A DNA stretch of 64,000 nt from contig CAZGUZ010000001.1 in NCBI GenBank assembly GCA_964529025.1, positions 6,163 through 70,162 on the forward strand, in the 5' to 3' direction. The position numbers and the translations under genes are program-made. The stretch comes from an uncultured Candidatus Saccharibacteria bacterium. GTDB taxonomy: Bacteria > Patescibacteriota > Minisyncoccia > Phycocordibacterales > PALSA-1337. The notes under the pieces are model-generated. The model ran no database searches, was not told the DNA's origin, and saw nothing but the letters and a program-made list of their open reading frames with translations. Positions 17,941 through 27,476 of the stretch are shown here, one piece after another. How positions within the stretch are numbered: the first letter of the stretch is position 1; the number at the start of each line of letters is the position of its first letter.

Positions 17941-19041
17941 TTAGTGACGCAAAACTTGAGTTAGAGAATAAAGGGGTGTCAAAATCGACATAGCAAGGCC
18001 ACCAACAATGAGAGCAATAATGAGCAAAGCGCAAGGCTCAATAATTCGAATAAGAGTATCGAGCTTTTTAAGAATGAGCGCCAAAAGTTCATTCCTAATA
18101 TTACTTAAAGCAATAAGCAGAGTTCCATTTCTTTCTCCAACACGAATTTTACTGACATAACGAGGGTTCGAGAGTGGTAAATTAACTAAAAGCAAAGATT
18201 CGGAAATCAGTTGACCATTATTAATTCCCTCAACAATACTTTGGTGAATGGGAATAATTTCTTTCCTCATAGTATTGAACTTGTCGCTTTGCGCATATAA
18301 ACGCGGATTTTTTATCGTAAGCATAAGCAATGGCAAGTATTCAATACTCACATTGAGCCAGTGAATCTCTTTAATATGAGGAATCTTTTGCAAAACGTAG
18401 AGTATTTTATCTTTGAGTATTCTCCTTGAAAGAAAAATAATTATACCCAAAAGCACAGTGCAGCCACCCATTTCGAATGGATACATTCTTAAGAACTTAC
18501 TTGCATACAAAGTAATTTGTGTATACCAAGGAATATCTAATGGGAAAGCCAAAAGTACTTCTTGTATATGCGGCACAACCCCTAAAAGAATTCCAAGAGT
18601 CATACATATAACCACAATACTGCAGAGTACTGGATACAATAGAGCTTGAACAATTTTGGTGTGCAGTTGTGCATATATTGCTGCAAAATCGGCACAGCGA
18701 AGCGAGATGTCGCTCAAGCTATCATCGTATTCACTTTGCGCAAGAAGTGTCGTAATAGATGGACTCAATACTATACGAGCATTAATTGTTGCTGCATACA
18801 ATGACTGCCCCGAATTTATTAAATCCTTAATGTGGAGTAATTTAGTTTGGTGTCGCGGAACAGACTGAGCGGCAATGGTAAGTGATTCAGAAATATCAAG
18901 GCCAGCAGAGAGTAAATCACCGAGCGTACGAAAATAAATATCAGCATCTTCGTATCCAATATAAGTATTTATATCTTTATGCCAGAACTCTTTCAATTTC
19001 TGCTTGATTCGTAATTCCTTGTAGAACCTTTTTATTACCAT
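17941..19041 (-). CDS. pilC: Type IV pilus / T2SS platform protein PilC (GspF family)
   Basis: 366 aa, polytopic, with GspF-like duplicated domains. It is adjacent to the pilB-like ATPase. Confidence 0.75.
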   Translation of the reverse strand: MVIKRFYKELRIKQKLKEFWHKDINTYIGYEDADIYFRTLGDLLSAGLDISESLTIAAQSVPRHQTKLLHIKDLINSGQSLYAATINARIVLSPSITTLLAQSEYDDSLSDISLRCADFAAIYAQLHTKIVQALLYPVLCSIVVICMTLGILLGVVPHIQEVLLAFPLDIPWYTQITLYASKFLRMYPFEMGGCTVLLGIIIFLSRRILKDKILYVLQKIPHIKEIHWLNVSIEYLPLLMLTIKNPRLYAQSDKFNTMRKEIIPIHQSIVEGINNGQLISESLLLVNLPLSNPRYVSKIRVGERNGTLLIALSNIRNELLALILKKLDTLIRIIEPCALLIIALIVGGLAMSILTPLYSLTQVLRH

Positions 19042-20017
19042 GATCTTTCATTGTTGAATAAGGCTTTTTAATATTGCAACTTGTTTCAAATATTCCAGTT
19101 CTACCTATATAGCCACTGCGACATATGCAATTATGTGTACCACTACCCCCTTTGCATTGCATGCACAATGTGCGAATTAAACGCATTGCTACCGTACCGC
19201 GTAGAACTTCATTAATACTCGGTAGACTTGCTCCTAAATCAACTAAGCGTGAAATAACTGTACCGATACCATATGTATGGAGCGAAGCGTATACTGTGTG
19301 CCCAGTTAAAGCCGCTTGAATTGCAATTGCAACGGTTTCTGCATCGCGCAACTCGCCAATAAGAATGCAGTCTGGACTTTGGCGTAATACAGATTTGAGA
19401 CACTTTGCATATGTTCGACCTACATACTCATCAATTTCAATATGACGTACTCCTTTAAGTTCAACTTCGACTGGATCCTCAATTGCAATTACCACGTCAC
19501 GCTCTGCTCGATATGCAATCATACTGTGAAGTAGTGTTGTCTTACCCGAACCCGTTGGCCCAACAACAATAACCAAACCAGCAGAAGCTCGCATCATATT
19601 TTCAATATCATGGATATGCTCTTGATCGCAGCCCAAGTCTATAAGTGAGCGGTTCTGCATATGAGCAACACTTAAGCGCAATGTGCAAGAATACCCCCGT
19701 ACCGAAGGAATAAGGGCACAGCGGACATCGCCACTATTACTCATCCCCAGATTTTGCAAAGTACATGAACCGTCATGCGGTACATATTCAGCATCAATCC
19801 TCATACCCATCACAATGCGCAAATATCTAAAAAATTCATCGTGCGGTGTGGTATCAAGAGTTTTCGATAACTCACGCACACCATGGATGCGATATGCTAC
19901 GAGCATACTTTTTACCTGCCCCTGCACTACTGAATCAATATAAATATCCGAAGCACCGAACTGTAGTGCTTGATCAATGATTTCTTTGAGGGCTTTCTGT
20001 GGGTTATTTTTATCCAC
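18977..20017 (-). CDS. pilB: Type IV pilus assembly ATPase (GspE/PilB family, short form)
   Basis: Walker A GPTGSGKTT, Asp and His boxes, and a tetracysteine motif CMQC…CICRSG typical of GspE/PilB. Confidence 0.8.
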   Translation of the reverse strand: MDKNNPQKALKEIIDQALQFGASDIYIDSVVQGQVKSMLVAYRIHGVRELSKTLDTTPHDEFFRYLRIVMGMRIDAEYVPHDGSCTLQNLGMSNSGDVRCALIPSVRGYSCTLRLSVAHMQNRSLIDLGCDQEHIHDIENMMRASAGLVIVVGPTGSGKTTLLHSMIAYRAERDVVIAIEDPVEVELKGVRHIEIDEYVGRTYAKCLKSVLRQSPDCILIGELRDAETVAIAIQAALTGHTVYASLHTYGIGTVISRLVDLGASLPSINEVLRGTVAMRLIRTLCMQCKGGSGTHNCICRSGYIGRTGIFETSCNIKKPYSTMKDHGNKKVLQGITNQAEIERVLA

Positions 20018-20177
20018 ACTTTAAGTCTATGTTATGGAAATAAAATAAACATAAAGAATCGATCAATGCCTGTTAAATAATTTTATTCATTTTAATAAAA
20101 CCGCACTTGGGTTGCCGGCTGCAGATAATTGCCAAATCTGTTTTTTGTGGTAATGTATTTCCTAGCTAGCACAAACT

Positions 20178-20816
20178 ATGAATGTACATTTCATTGGAAA
20201 GCCCTGCAGTGGCAAAGGGCGACTTGGTGAGCACCTCATTGAGGTGCTCCGGCAGAATGGCTTCCCCGCATTCTATGCGGGAACTGGAGCTGCGGTTCGA
20301 TTCAAGATCGAAACCGACCCCGCCTTTGCAAGGCAATTTAGGGCGAAAATCGAGAGGCGGTCTCTACTCGATGATGGTCAACTCTGGACAATTGTCCAAG
20401 AGCTCATCGTAAGGAATAATATTCCTTTGAACGATCCCGACGTGGTAATCCTTTGGGACTGCGTACTGCGGAATGCAGCACAGACCCGGCGGATGAGCCA
20501 GGAGGGAATCCTCCAGCCCGGCGACCTGGTGATTTACGTCGAAGTCACCGACGCAACTGCTAAGATGAAGTTACAGCTGCGGAGAGAAGAACAACATCGA
20601 ACTGATGACAACACCGATGCACACGACGAAGGTGTTCGTCGGTTCAATGCCAGTCTTCATGAGGTGCTCGGCGCCATTCGCGAGTCGGGGGCAACCTTGG
20701 TTACGGTGAACGCAAACTTGCCGCTCGAGAAGTGGCTTGCAAATGCCAGGAAGCAGATGTTCGATCACTTCCAGGCTCAGGGCTTCACAGCCCAAGGCAC
20801 CCCTGTTGCGGCTTGA
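20178..20816 (+). CDS. Adenylate-kinase-like P-loop nucleoside monophosphate kinase, GC-rich (likely xenolog)
   Basis: P-loop FIGKPCSGKG and an AK-like RTDDNTDAHDEGVRRF (compare RxDDNEETIxKRL). GC is about 55% by eye against about 40% nearby. Its own strong terminator follows. Confidence 0.5.
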   Translation: MNVHFIGKPCSGKGRLGEHLIEVLRQNGFPAFYAGTGAAVRFKIETDPAFARQFRAKIERRSLLDDGQLWTIVQELIVRNNIPLNDPDVVILWDCVLRNAAQTRRMSQEGILQPGDLVIYVEVTDATAKMKLQLRREEQHRTDDNTDAHDEGVRRFNASLHEVLGAIRESGATLVTVNANLPLEKWLANARKQMFDHFQAQGFTAQGTPVAA

Positions 20817-20840
20817 AAGCTGTTACAGCGCAAAACGAAA

Positions 20841-20868
20841 AGCACCCCCACGGGGGTGCTCTTTTTTT
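20841..20868 (+). terminator. Rho-independent terminator
   Basis: AGCACCCCC-acg-GGGGGTGCT stem followed by TTTTTTT. Confidence 0.7.
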
Positions 20869-20890
20869 GGTAATTTTAATGCTTCCTTTT

Positions 20891-23800
20891 TTACAAAACC
20901 CCTTTTGCAAGAGCACAGAATTCGCAATCGCTATCTTTGCATGCTTTTTCGGCAAATCTACCTTCTGCAATTATTGTTGCAGCTTCGAGCATTGTCGTAC
21001 GCAGTGTTTCAATATCATTATCAGGAATAACAAAGCGCTCTTTTCTTAACTTTCCGTTTTTTTCTTGGAGTAAAAAGTCGAGCTCGGCTGAAGCAAAATT
21101 AAACTTATGCTGTGGATCATTGTCTACAAGATAGCGATAAAAGCACAGCTGCCGATATTCGTTTCCGCTACTTGTTGCAGTAAGACCCATGATTTCATTA
21201 CGCGTTTTAGGATTGCCCGTTTTATAATCAACGACGTTTACATGAGTATCATCAAGAAGTTCAATCTTATCCAAATTACCCGTAAGCGGAAGATCGCGCT
21301 CAGTCTTTGCACCACTCTCATCTTGGAAAGTTGTCGGCAATGTTACACCCTTAAGCGTATACTCGGTATATAAGTTTCGCACCCAGCCACCATTTTTTGT
21401 ATAGTATTCAATGTATGAACGCAACATATCAGTTCCCCGTTTAAGTTCTTCGGCAAAAATAGCATCAGAGAGCGGTTGTCGACTGAGTTCAGACTCAAAC
21501 AAAGAACAAACAAGATCAGCAGACATATCTTCTTCGACTCGATACTTATCAAAGAATGTTCGAAGAACTCCATGAATCGTAGTACCAAACATTTGATGCT
21601 TTGATTTGGCTTGTGGAATTCGTACCAAGTTTACAAAAAAGTATTTCCAAGAACATTCCAAAAAGTTATTGAGTGCCGTTACAGAAAGACCTCGCTCAAA
21701 GAATAATTCCCGCAAATGTGTTTGTACTGATGTATTAAGAGTAATATCCGCTTCAGACCCTGCCCCACTTGCTCGGTGCACTGGCAAAGGATTTTGTGAA
21801 GCATACTGTTCGTGCTGGAGTAGGTCGGGATTAAGTTCGCCAATAAATTGTGAAGGTAGGACTTCTTTTCCATCGGCTTTTGTCTGAGAGTGAGTAATAA
21901 CAATATGTTTTTTTGCTCGTGTTAATGCAACATAAAATAGACGGCGATCATCATCAATAGTTCCAAGGCCTATATGCGCTGTACTTGGATTCTTAAAAGA
22001 ATTTCGCTGTGTGGCATTGCCCCAAGCACCATCATTAACACCAACGACATAAACATATTCAAACTCAAGCCCTTTTGAACTGTGCGCTGTCATGAGCGAA
22101 ACACCACCTTCGGCATGTGAAAGACCTTTTTTAGATTTAATACCATGCTCTTTAACCGAATGAACATAATCAACAATGTGGCCGATATGCGTAACTCTTT
22201 GAGAGCTCAAAGCATCGCGTGCATCGCTCACAAAAGAATCAACAACATGGAGTCGCTCAAGCCCTGTTGGTCCGGTCAAGATCCAGGAAATAAAGCCAGA
22301 GGTTTTCATGATATTTTCTATCATTTCCATACTCTGTGTTGCCCGCGCTTGCGGGGCCAGTGTATGCACCAGTGTCGATATTTTTGTATATGCATCAAGA
22401 AATGCTGGCGAAGCAGATCCAGAATGAGCATAGTTTTCTATCTTTCGGAAAAATGACACCGTTCCGCTTTCGCGCTTCTGCGGCGTGGTCGGTGCATGTA
22501 AAATATCTATGATTTCAGTCAAAGGAAAACCCATAAATGGTGCCAGAGCAAGAGTTGCACAAGCTTCATCATTGGCAGGATTCCAGACAAACTCTACGAG
22601 TGAAACTAAGAATCGCACATCGCTATCCTCAAGAAGATTTTGCTCAGAAAAAACGTGATGCTGTACTCCTAAATTCCTTAATGCTTGAGCATAGGGCTCT
22701 GCATTACTATTTGCTCGATATAAAATGGCAATATGCGAAGGCTTGATTCCCTCGGCAATATTTTTCTGAATTGACTGTGTAACATATTCAATTTCACTTG
22801 CTGTATCTGCACATGCAATAACATCTATTGGCCGAGAATTATACGGAGCATATGCTGTAAGGTGCGTATGCGAATGACCCTCGGGCATTATATTGTGCTC
22901 AATAAGGGAATGTGCAACATCAAGAACATGTTGAGTCGAACGATAATTTGCATGGAGCTTAATAATTTGTGCTTGCGGATACTTTTGTGAAAAATACAAA
23001 AAGTTATCGAGCGATGCTCCTTGAAAACGGTAGATAGCTTGTTTTTCATCTCCCACAATAAAAAGGTTAGGGTTATCGTGGAAACATGTCACCAGCTCAA
23101 GCAATTTGTTTTGCACATTATTAGCATCTTGATGCTCATCAGCCAAAACATATTGATATGATTCTTGAACGATGAGTCTAAAATCTTCATCATTTTCAAG
23201 AACGCGAACCACTTCCATAATCATATCGTCATAATCGTACTTGTGACTGCTCGCGAGAGCATGCTCATATGCTTCATATACCAAAAGAAGCTCTTTATTT
23301 TTCTCTATTCTCTCTTTCGCTTTAACATGCTCGGCTTTCATTTTTCCCTTATGAGCACCCTTTTCATGATAAAGGTCAGGAATAGCATTCCATGCTTTTT
23401 CGGCAATTTCTATACTTTTTTTAAAATCTTGAGGCGAAATATTTTCGCGCTTCATGGTGCTAATTTCTCGAATACATGGATCAACATAATACAAAGGATC
23501 TCCGTGGGGTCGAAGCAGGGTCAATGACTGCTCTGTTATGCAGGTTGCAATCATACTTTTTTTATCCAAGTCAGAAATATTTACCGCCCCAATGATACGA
23601 GGAAATCTTTCGGGATACTGCTGAATTAGACTATGCGCAAAACCGTGGAAAGTTGCTATATGAATTCGATATGCAGTGGTGCCAATAATACCAGCAAGCT
23701 TTGAGCGCATAGCAAAAGCGCCAGCCTCGGTAAATGTAAGAGCAAGAATTGTTTCGGGTTCGGCTTGTGTTGTCCTCAGAATATTTGCAATACGCAAGGT

Positions 23801-24016
23801 AAGAATTGTTGTCTTACCTGTTCCGGGGCCAGCAATAACAACGACAGGACCTTCAACAGTGTCGACAGCTCTTTTTTGCTCTGGATTAAGGCCCTGATAG
23901 AGCTTTAAAAAATGCTCTTCGTATTTTTGAGCCTCTATTTTGACCGATGTATGCTTTTTTTGAGCCATATATAAGGTAAGTATAGCATTGTGGCTTTGTG
24001 TTATTTGGATTGACAT
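20891..24016 (-). CDS. UvrD/PcrA-family helicase fused to a C-terminal PD-(D/E)xK nuclease with a Cys cluster (AddA/Cas4-like helicase-nuclease)
   Basis: The N-terminus has UvrD motifs (AGPGTGKTT, …DEHQD…, …YRSTQ…). The C-terminus has DYKTG…Y…C…CxxC, as in RecB/Cas4-family nuclease domains. Length is 1041 aa. Confidence 0.75.
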   Translation of the reverse strand: MSIQITQSHNAILTLYMAQKKHTSVKIEAQKYEEHFLKLYQGLNPEQKRAVDTVEGPVVVIAGPGTGKTTILTLRIANILRTTQAEPETILALTFTEAGAFAMRSKLAGIIGTTAYRIHIATFHGFAHSLIQQYPERFPRIIGAVNISDLDKKSMIATCITEQSLTLLRPHGDPLYYVDPCIREISTMKRENISPQDFKKSIEIAEKAWNAIPDLYHEKGAHKGKMKAEHVKAKERIEKNKELLLVYEAYEHALASSHKYDYDDMIMEVVRVLENDEDFRLIVQESYQYVLADEHQDANNVQNKLLELVTCFHDNPNLFIVGDEKQAIYRFQGASLDNFLYFSQKYPQAQIIKLHANYRSTQHVLDVAHSLIEHNIMPEGHSHTHLTAYAPYNSRPIDVIACADTASEIEYVTQSIQKNIAEGIKPSHIAILYRANSNAEPYAQALRNLGVQHHVFSEQNLLEDSDVRFLVSLVEFVWNPANDEACATLALAPFMGFPLTEIIDILHAPTTPQKRESGTVSFFRKIENYAHSGSASPAFLDAYTKISTLVHTLAPQARATQSMEMIENIMKTSGFISWILTGPTGLERLHVVDSFVSDARDALSSQRVTHIGHIVDYVHSVKEHGIKSKKGLSHAEGGVSLMTAHSSKGLEFEYVYVVGVNDGAWGNATQRNSFKNPSTAHIGLGTIDDDRRLFYVALTRAKKHIVITHSQTKADGKEVLPSQFIGELNPDLLQHEQYASQNPLPVHRASGAGSEADITLNTSVQTHLRELFFERGLSVTALNNFLECSWKYFFVNLVRIPQAKSKHQMFGTTIHGVLRTFFDKYRVEEDMSADLVCSLFESELSRQPLSDAIFAEELKRGTDMLRSYIEYYTKNGGWVRNLYTEYTLKGVTLPTTFQDESGAKTERDLPLTGNLDKIELLDDTHVNVVDYKTGNPKTRNEIMGLTATSSGNEYRQLCFYRYLVDNDPQHKFNFASAELDFLLQEKNGKLRKERFVIPDNDIETLRTTMLEAATIIAEGRFAEKACKDSDCEFCALAKGVL

Positions 24017-24047
24017 TTGATTAATTTGGTGTTAGGGTATCGGCAGT

Positions 24048-24305
24048 ATGAATATTCAGGCAATTCTTCTTGCGCTTTATCTGGGCGCAGGACATAGGAT
24101 CGTCACAACTCAAACTCGTTCAGGACAGCTTTACAAAGACTGCCAGTTCGAGTACGCCAACCCATTTAGCGGAGTAATCTGCTTCTGGGTCGGCAACAGG
24201 CTCGTCAAGGTGGCAGCGGCAGATGTCGCTGTCATCCATGTCTCGGACCTTGCAGAAGGTCCGCTGCTGTGGTTCGACAAGAATCTGCTTGAACGGGTCG
24301 CATGA
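24048..24305 (+). CDS. Small hypothetical protein (85 aa) in a GC-rich islet
   Basis: An ORF followed by a GC-rich plus-strand terminator. GC is about 55% by eye. A competing antisense ORF at 24120..24332 cannot be excluded. Confidence 0.3.
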   Translation: MNIQAILLALYLGAGHRIVTTQTRSGQLYKDCQFEYANPFSGVICFWVGNRLVKVAAADVAVIHVSDLAEGPLLWFDKNLLERVA

Positions 24306-24330
24306 TCGGTCGACGACGTGAAGTAGCCAC

Positions 24331-24363
24331 AAGCCCGGCGCGCATGCGCGCCGGGCTTTACTC
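24331..24363 (+). terminator. GC-rich intrinsic terminator
   Basis: AAGCCCGGCGCGC-atg-GCGCGCCGGGCTT palindromic stem followed by a T-rich tract. Confidence 0.55.
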
Positions 24364-24413
24364 TCCCCTTTTAATTTACATACTCGAGTAAAATATTTAC
24401 TCCAAACAAAAAA

Positions 24414-24436
24414 ACGAGCATTGCTCGTTTTTTTTT
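24414..24436. terminator. Bidirectional terminator downstream of rpoD
   Basis: ACGAGC-att-GCTCGT hairpin with an A-run on its 5' side and a T-run on its 3' side. Confidence 0.55.
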
Positions 24437-24445
24437 GTTTGCCTC

Positions 24446-25642
24446 TTAATAGTTCTTGAGTCGATTTATCTTTTCGTGCTGGCGAATCTTGTCGTGAGCC
24501 TTAGCTTCGATCTGGCGAATACGCTCTCGCGTAACACCGAACTCTTTACCTACTTCTTCTAGAGTATGAGTAATGCCATCGAGCAAACCGTGACGCATTT
24601 CAAGAATCTTACGCTCTTTTGGTGAAAGATCATCCAAAATTTCTTTAACTTGATCTGTAAGAATTCGTCGTGAAGCTTCTTGATCTGGTGAAAGAATCTT
24701 ATCATCGGCAATAAAGTCTCCGAGGGTTGATTTACCGTCTTCACCATCATCACCAACGGGGTTTTCGAGTGACACAGTGTCCTGATCGATTTTCTCAATG
24801 TTATAAACTTTCTCTACATCAAGACCCATTTCGGTTGCAATTTCATCGGCCAAAGGATCACGGCCAAGGTCTTGTGTAAGGCGGCGAACCACTTGCTTAT
24901 ACTTTGCAATAGTTTCTACCATGTGCACAGGAACACGAATAGTACGTGACTGATCAGCAAGAGCACGGGTAATTGCTTGGCGAATCCACCATGTGGCATA
25001 TGTTGAAAATTTAAAGCCTTTTGTCCAATCAAATTTATCTACCGCTTTAAACAAACCGAGGTTTCCTTCTTGAATAAGGTCAAGGAGTGTAAGATCAGGG
25101 CTTCGGCCTACATACTTCTTTGCAATAGAAACCACGAGTCGCAAGTTAGCTTTTGCCAAAAGACCCATAGCCTCTTTGTCGCCAGCTTGAATTCGCTTTG
25201 CAAGCTCTTTCTCTTGAGCAGCATTAACGAGTGGATATTGGCCGATTTCTTTAAGATACATCTGAATCGAGTCAAAACCAGCATCACCACCACGAGATCC
25301 ATATGAGTACTTCTTTGTATGAACAACTGGCTCTGGTTCTACTTCAAGTAAGCCTCCACCTTCAAGAACATCTACCCCTGCTGTTGCGAGCTTTTCATAG
25401 AGTTCATCAAGGAAAACAATATCTGATTCAATGGTTGGGAAATCCTTAAGAATTTCGTCGTACGTAACAAAGCCTCGCTCTTTTCCTTTTGCAACGAGTT
25501 TATCTGCTTTAGCCGAAAGATCTTTAGCTTTAACTTTTGTAGTATCTTTTTTTGGATGCTTTGCTCCAGAGTGAGTTGTCTTTTTACTCTTAACTTTAAC
25601 CTTTGTCTTAATAACTTTCTTTTTTGTTTTCTTTGTGGCCAT
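24446..25642 (-). CDS. rpoD: RNA polymerase primary sigma factor (sigma-70/RpoD) with a Lys-rich N-terminus
   Basis: Regions 1.2–4 are recognisable (…[11 protein letters not shown]…, …[17 protein letters not shown]…[16 protein letters not shown]…, …[20 protein letters not shown]…). Confidence 0.9.
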   Translation of the reverse strand: MATKKTKKKVIKTKVKVKSKKTTHSGAKHPKKDTTKVKAKDLSAKADKLVAKGKERGFVTYDEILKDFPTIESDIVFLDELYEKLATAGVDVLEGGGLLEVEPEPVVHTKKYSYGSRGGDAGFDSIQMYLKEIGQYPLVNAAQEKELAKRIQAGDKEAMGLLAKANLRLVVSIAKKYVGRSPDLTLLDLIQEGNLGLFKAVDKFDWTKGFKFSTYATWWIRQAITRALADQSRTIRVPVHMVETIAKYKQVVRRLTQDLGRDPLADEIATEMGLDVEKVYNIEKIDQDTVSLENPVGDDGEDGKSTLGDFIADDKILSPDQEASRRILTDQVKEILDDLSPKERKILEMRHGLLDGITHTLEEVGKEFGVTRERIRQIEAKAHDKIRQHEKINRLKNY

Positions 25643-25646
25643 TGTT

Positions 25647-27419
25647 TTAATTGTTACGTGATCGTTTTTCTTCTATGCCCCGCAAACGAATTCCAATCTC
25701 TTGGCATCGCGCTAACCATTTTTGAACCTCGCTTTCACTATCTTTTGTTCGCTCTGCAACAGTTATTTTTTCCATGAGGACTGCAAACTCTTCTCTGAGC
25801 AGACTTTCTTCGAGCGATTGAATGAGTTCTCCGAAAGTTTTTTCGAGAGCTTGAGGATCATTTCCGTAGAGAACCTCTATTTCGAAAGCTCCATCTTGAT
25901 ACTGAGTTAAATATTCGGTGTGTATTACATTATATTTTTCTTCACCAACTATCGCTCGTAATTGTGCATCGAGTTTTTCGACGGCACCGGCTACACCCGT
26001 AAGTACTGTTCTGATTCCTGATATTTTCTTAAGTATAGCATGTTCTTTTGCAAGTACTGGGTCAGGAGCTTTTGGCGGCGGTGACTCTGGAGCACTGCGA
26101 GCACGCTGCGGATCCGACTTTGCTCGGATTTGAGCTTTTTCAAATGCTTTAACATCGTCCCATACTGCATTTTCGGGAATATGTAACCTTTCGGCTATGA
26201 GGCGCACAAAGTGTGAGCGCTCCATCGTACTCTTAATTTTTGCTATGAAGGGCAAAGCGAACTCTCGAACTAATTTAGTAGCCTTTCGTATGTCAGAGTG
26301 TTCTTTAAGGATGCCGTCAACCACGTACTCAACAATATGTACTGAGTTCTTGAGGGCAAGCTTCCACTGCTCTGGATTATCACGAATCAAGTCGGCAGGA
26401 TCTTTTGCATCAGGAATTCTTGCAACCTTAACATCCATACCAAGTGAGAGCAGAATATCTGCTGATCGCAAGGTTGCTTTTCTACCTGCTTTATCAGAAT
26501 CAAAAGCAAGAATCACATTTGGTGAAAGCCGTTGAACGATTCCAAGATTATTAACTGCATCGGTTCCAACAGAATCATTAAGAGCAGTACCCGAAACTGC
26601 AATGGTATTACGCGTACCAATTTGATGCGCCATGATTAAATCCATTTGACCTTCAACAAAGATAGAGTAACCCGCTTTGCGAATTGCACCCTTTGCTTTA
26701 TCAATTCCAAACAAAACATTAGCTTTGGTAAAGAGCGGAGTTTCTGGACTATTTAAGTATTTTGCCGATTCGCCGTCATCAACAAGAATGCGCCCGGTAA
26801 AAGCAATAACACGACCGCTCGAATCACAAATAGGAAACATAACTCGACCGCGGAACCTGTCGTACATTCCCTTTTCTGTCTTTTTACCCAAACCATAGGT
26901 CTCGATTTCTGCTTCAGAATACCCACGAGCTAATAAGTGCGTAGTAAGCAATCGCCACTCAGCAGGAATAAAGCCGATACGGAAACTTGCAATTGTCTCG
27001 GCAGTTAAACCTCGTGACTCAACATATGTGCGTGGAGCATCATGTAATGCAAACTGCTTTTCAAAAAACTTTGCAGCATCTTCCATGATTGCATAGCTGC
27101 GTTCTTTTTCTGCTTTTGATTCACGAGTATAGGTAAGATCGAGTTGAACACCTGCGCGTTCGGCAAGCAATTTGAGGGCGCCCATAAAATCAAGGCCTTC
27201 AAATTGCTCAACAAACGAAAAGATGTCTCCTTTTGCCCCGCAACCAAAACAATAGTATGTTCCTCGGTCAGGCGAAACAAAGAAGGAAGGTGTCCTTTCA
27301 TTGTGAAATGGACACTTTCCCTTCAATGTTTTGCCCGCAGGCTTAAGCTCAATATACTGGCCGACAACGTCGACAATATTAAGCTTATCTTTAATTGTTT
27401 CGACAGTAGATCGTTGCAT
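25647..27419 (-). CDS. dnaG: DNA primase
   Basis: Zinc-ribbon [11 protein letters not shown]…CFGCG, then TOPRIM …EGQMD…. It lies directly upstream of rpoD with a 4-bp gap. Confidence 0.9.
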   Translation of the reverse strand: MQRSTVETIKDKLNIVDVVGQYIELKPAGKTLKGKCPFHNERTPSFFVSPDRGTYYCFGCGAKGDIFSFVEQFEGLDFMGALKLLAERAGVQLDLTYTRESKAEKERSYAIMEDAAKFFEKQFALHDAPRTYVESRGLTAETIASFRIGFIPAEWRLLTTHLLARGYSEAEIETYGLGKKTEKGMYDRFRGRVMFPICDSSGRVIAFTGRILVDDGESAKYLNSPETPLFTKANVLFGIDKAKGAIRKAGYSIFVEGQMDLIMAHQIGTRNTIAVSGTALNDSVGTDAVNNLGIVQRLSPNVILAFDSDKAGRKATLRSADILLSLGMDVKVARIPDAKDPADLIRDNPEQWKLALKNSVHIVEYVVDGILKEHSDIRKATKLVREFALPFIAKIKSTMERSHFVRLIAERLHIPENAVWDDVKAFEKAQIRAKSDPQRARSAPESPPPKAPDPVLAKEHAILKKISGIRTVLTGVAGAVEKLDAQLRAIVGEEKYNVIHTEYLTQYQDGAFEIEVLYGNDPQALEKTFGELIQSLEESLLREEFAVLMEKITVAERTKDSESEVQKWLARCQEIGIRLRGIEEKRSRNN

Positions 27420-27476
27420 AGTTGGAACGCACGATACACATCGGGCACTTACAGAACACCACTACAAACTCACAGT

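Noticed and set aside
24120-24332. 70-aa minus-strand ORF overlapping the 85-aa plus-strand ORF in the GC-rich islet
   Set aside because: I cannot tell which strand is coding. The plus-strand ORF is preferred only because a plus-oriented GC-rich terminator follows it. Both remain uncertain.
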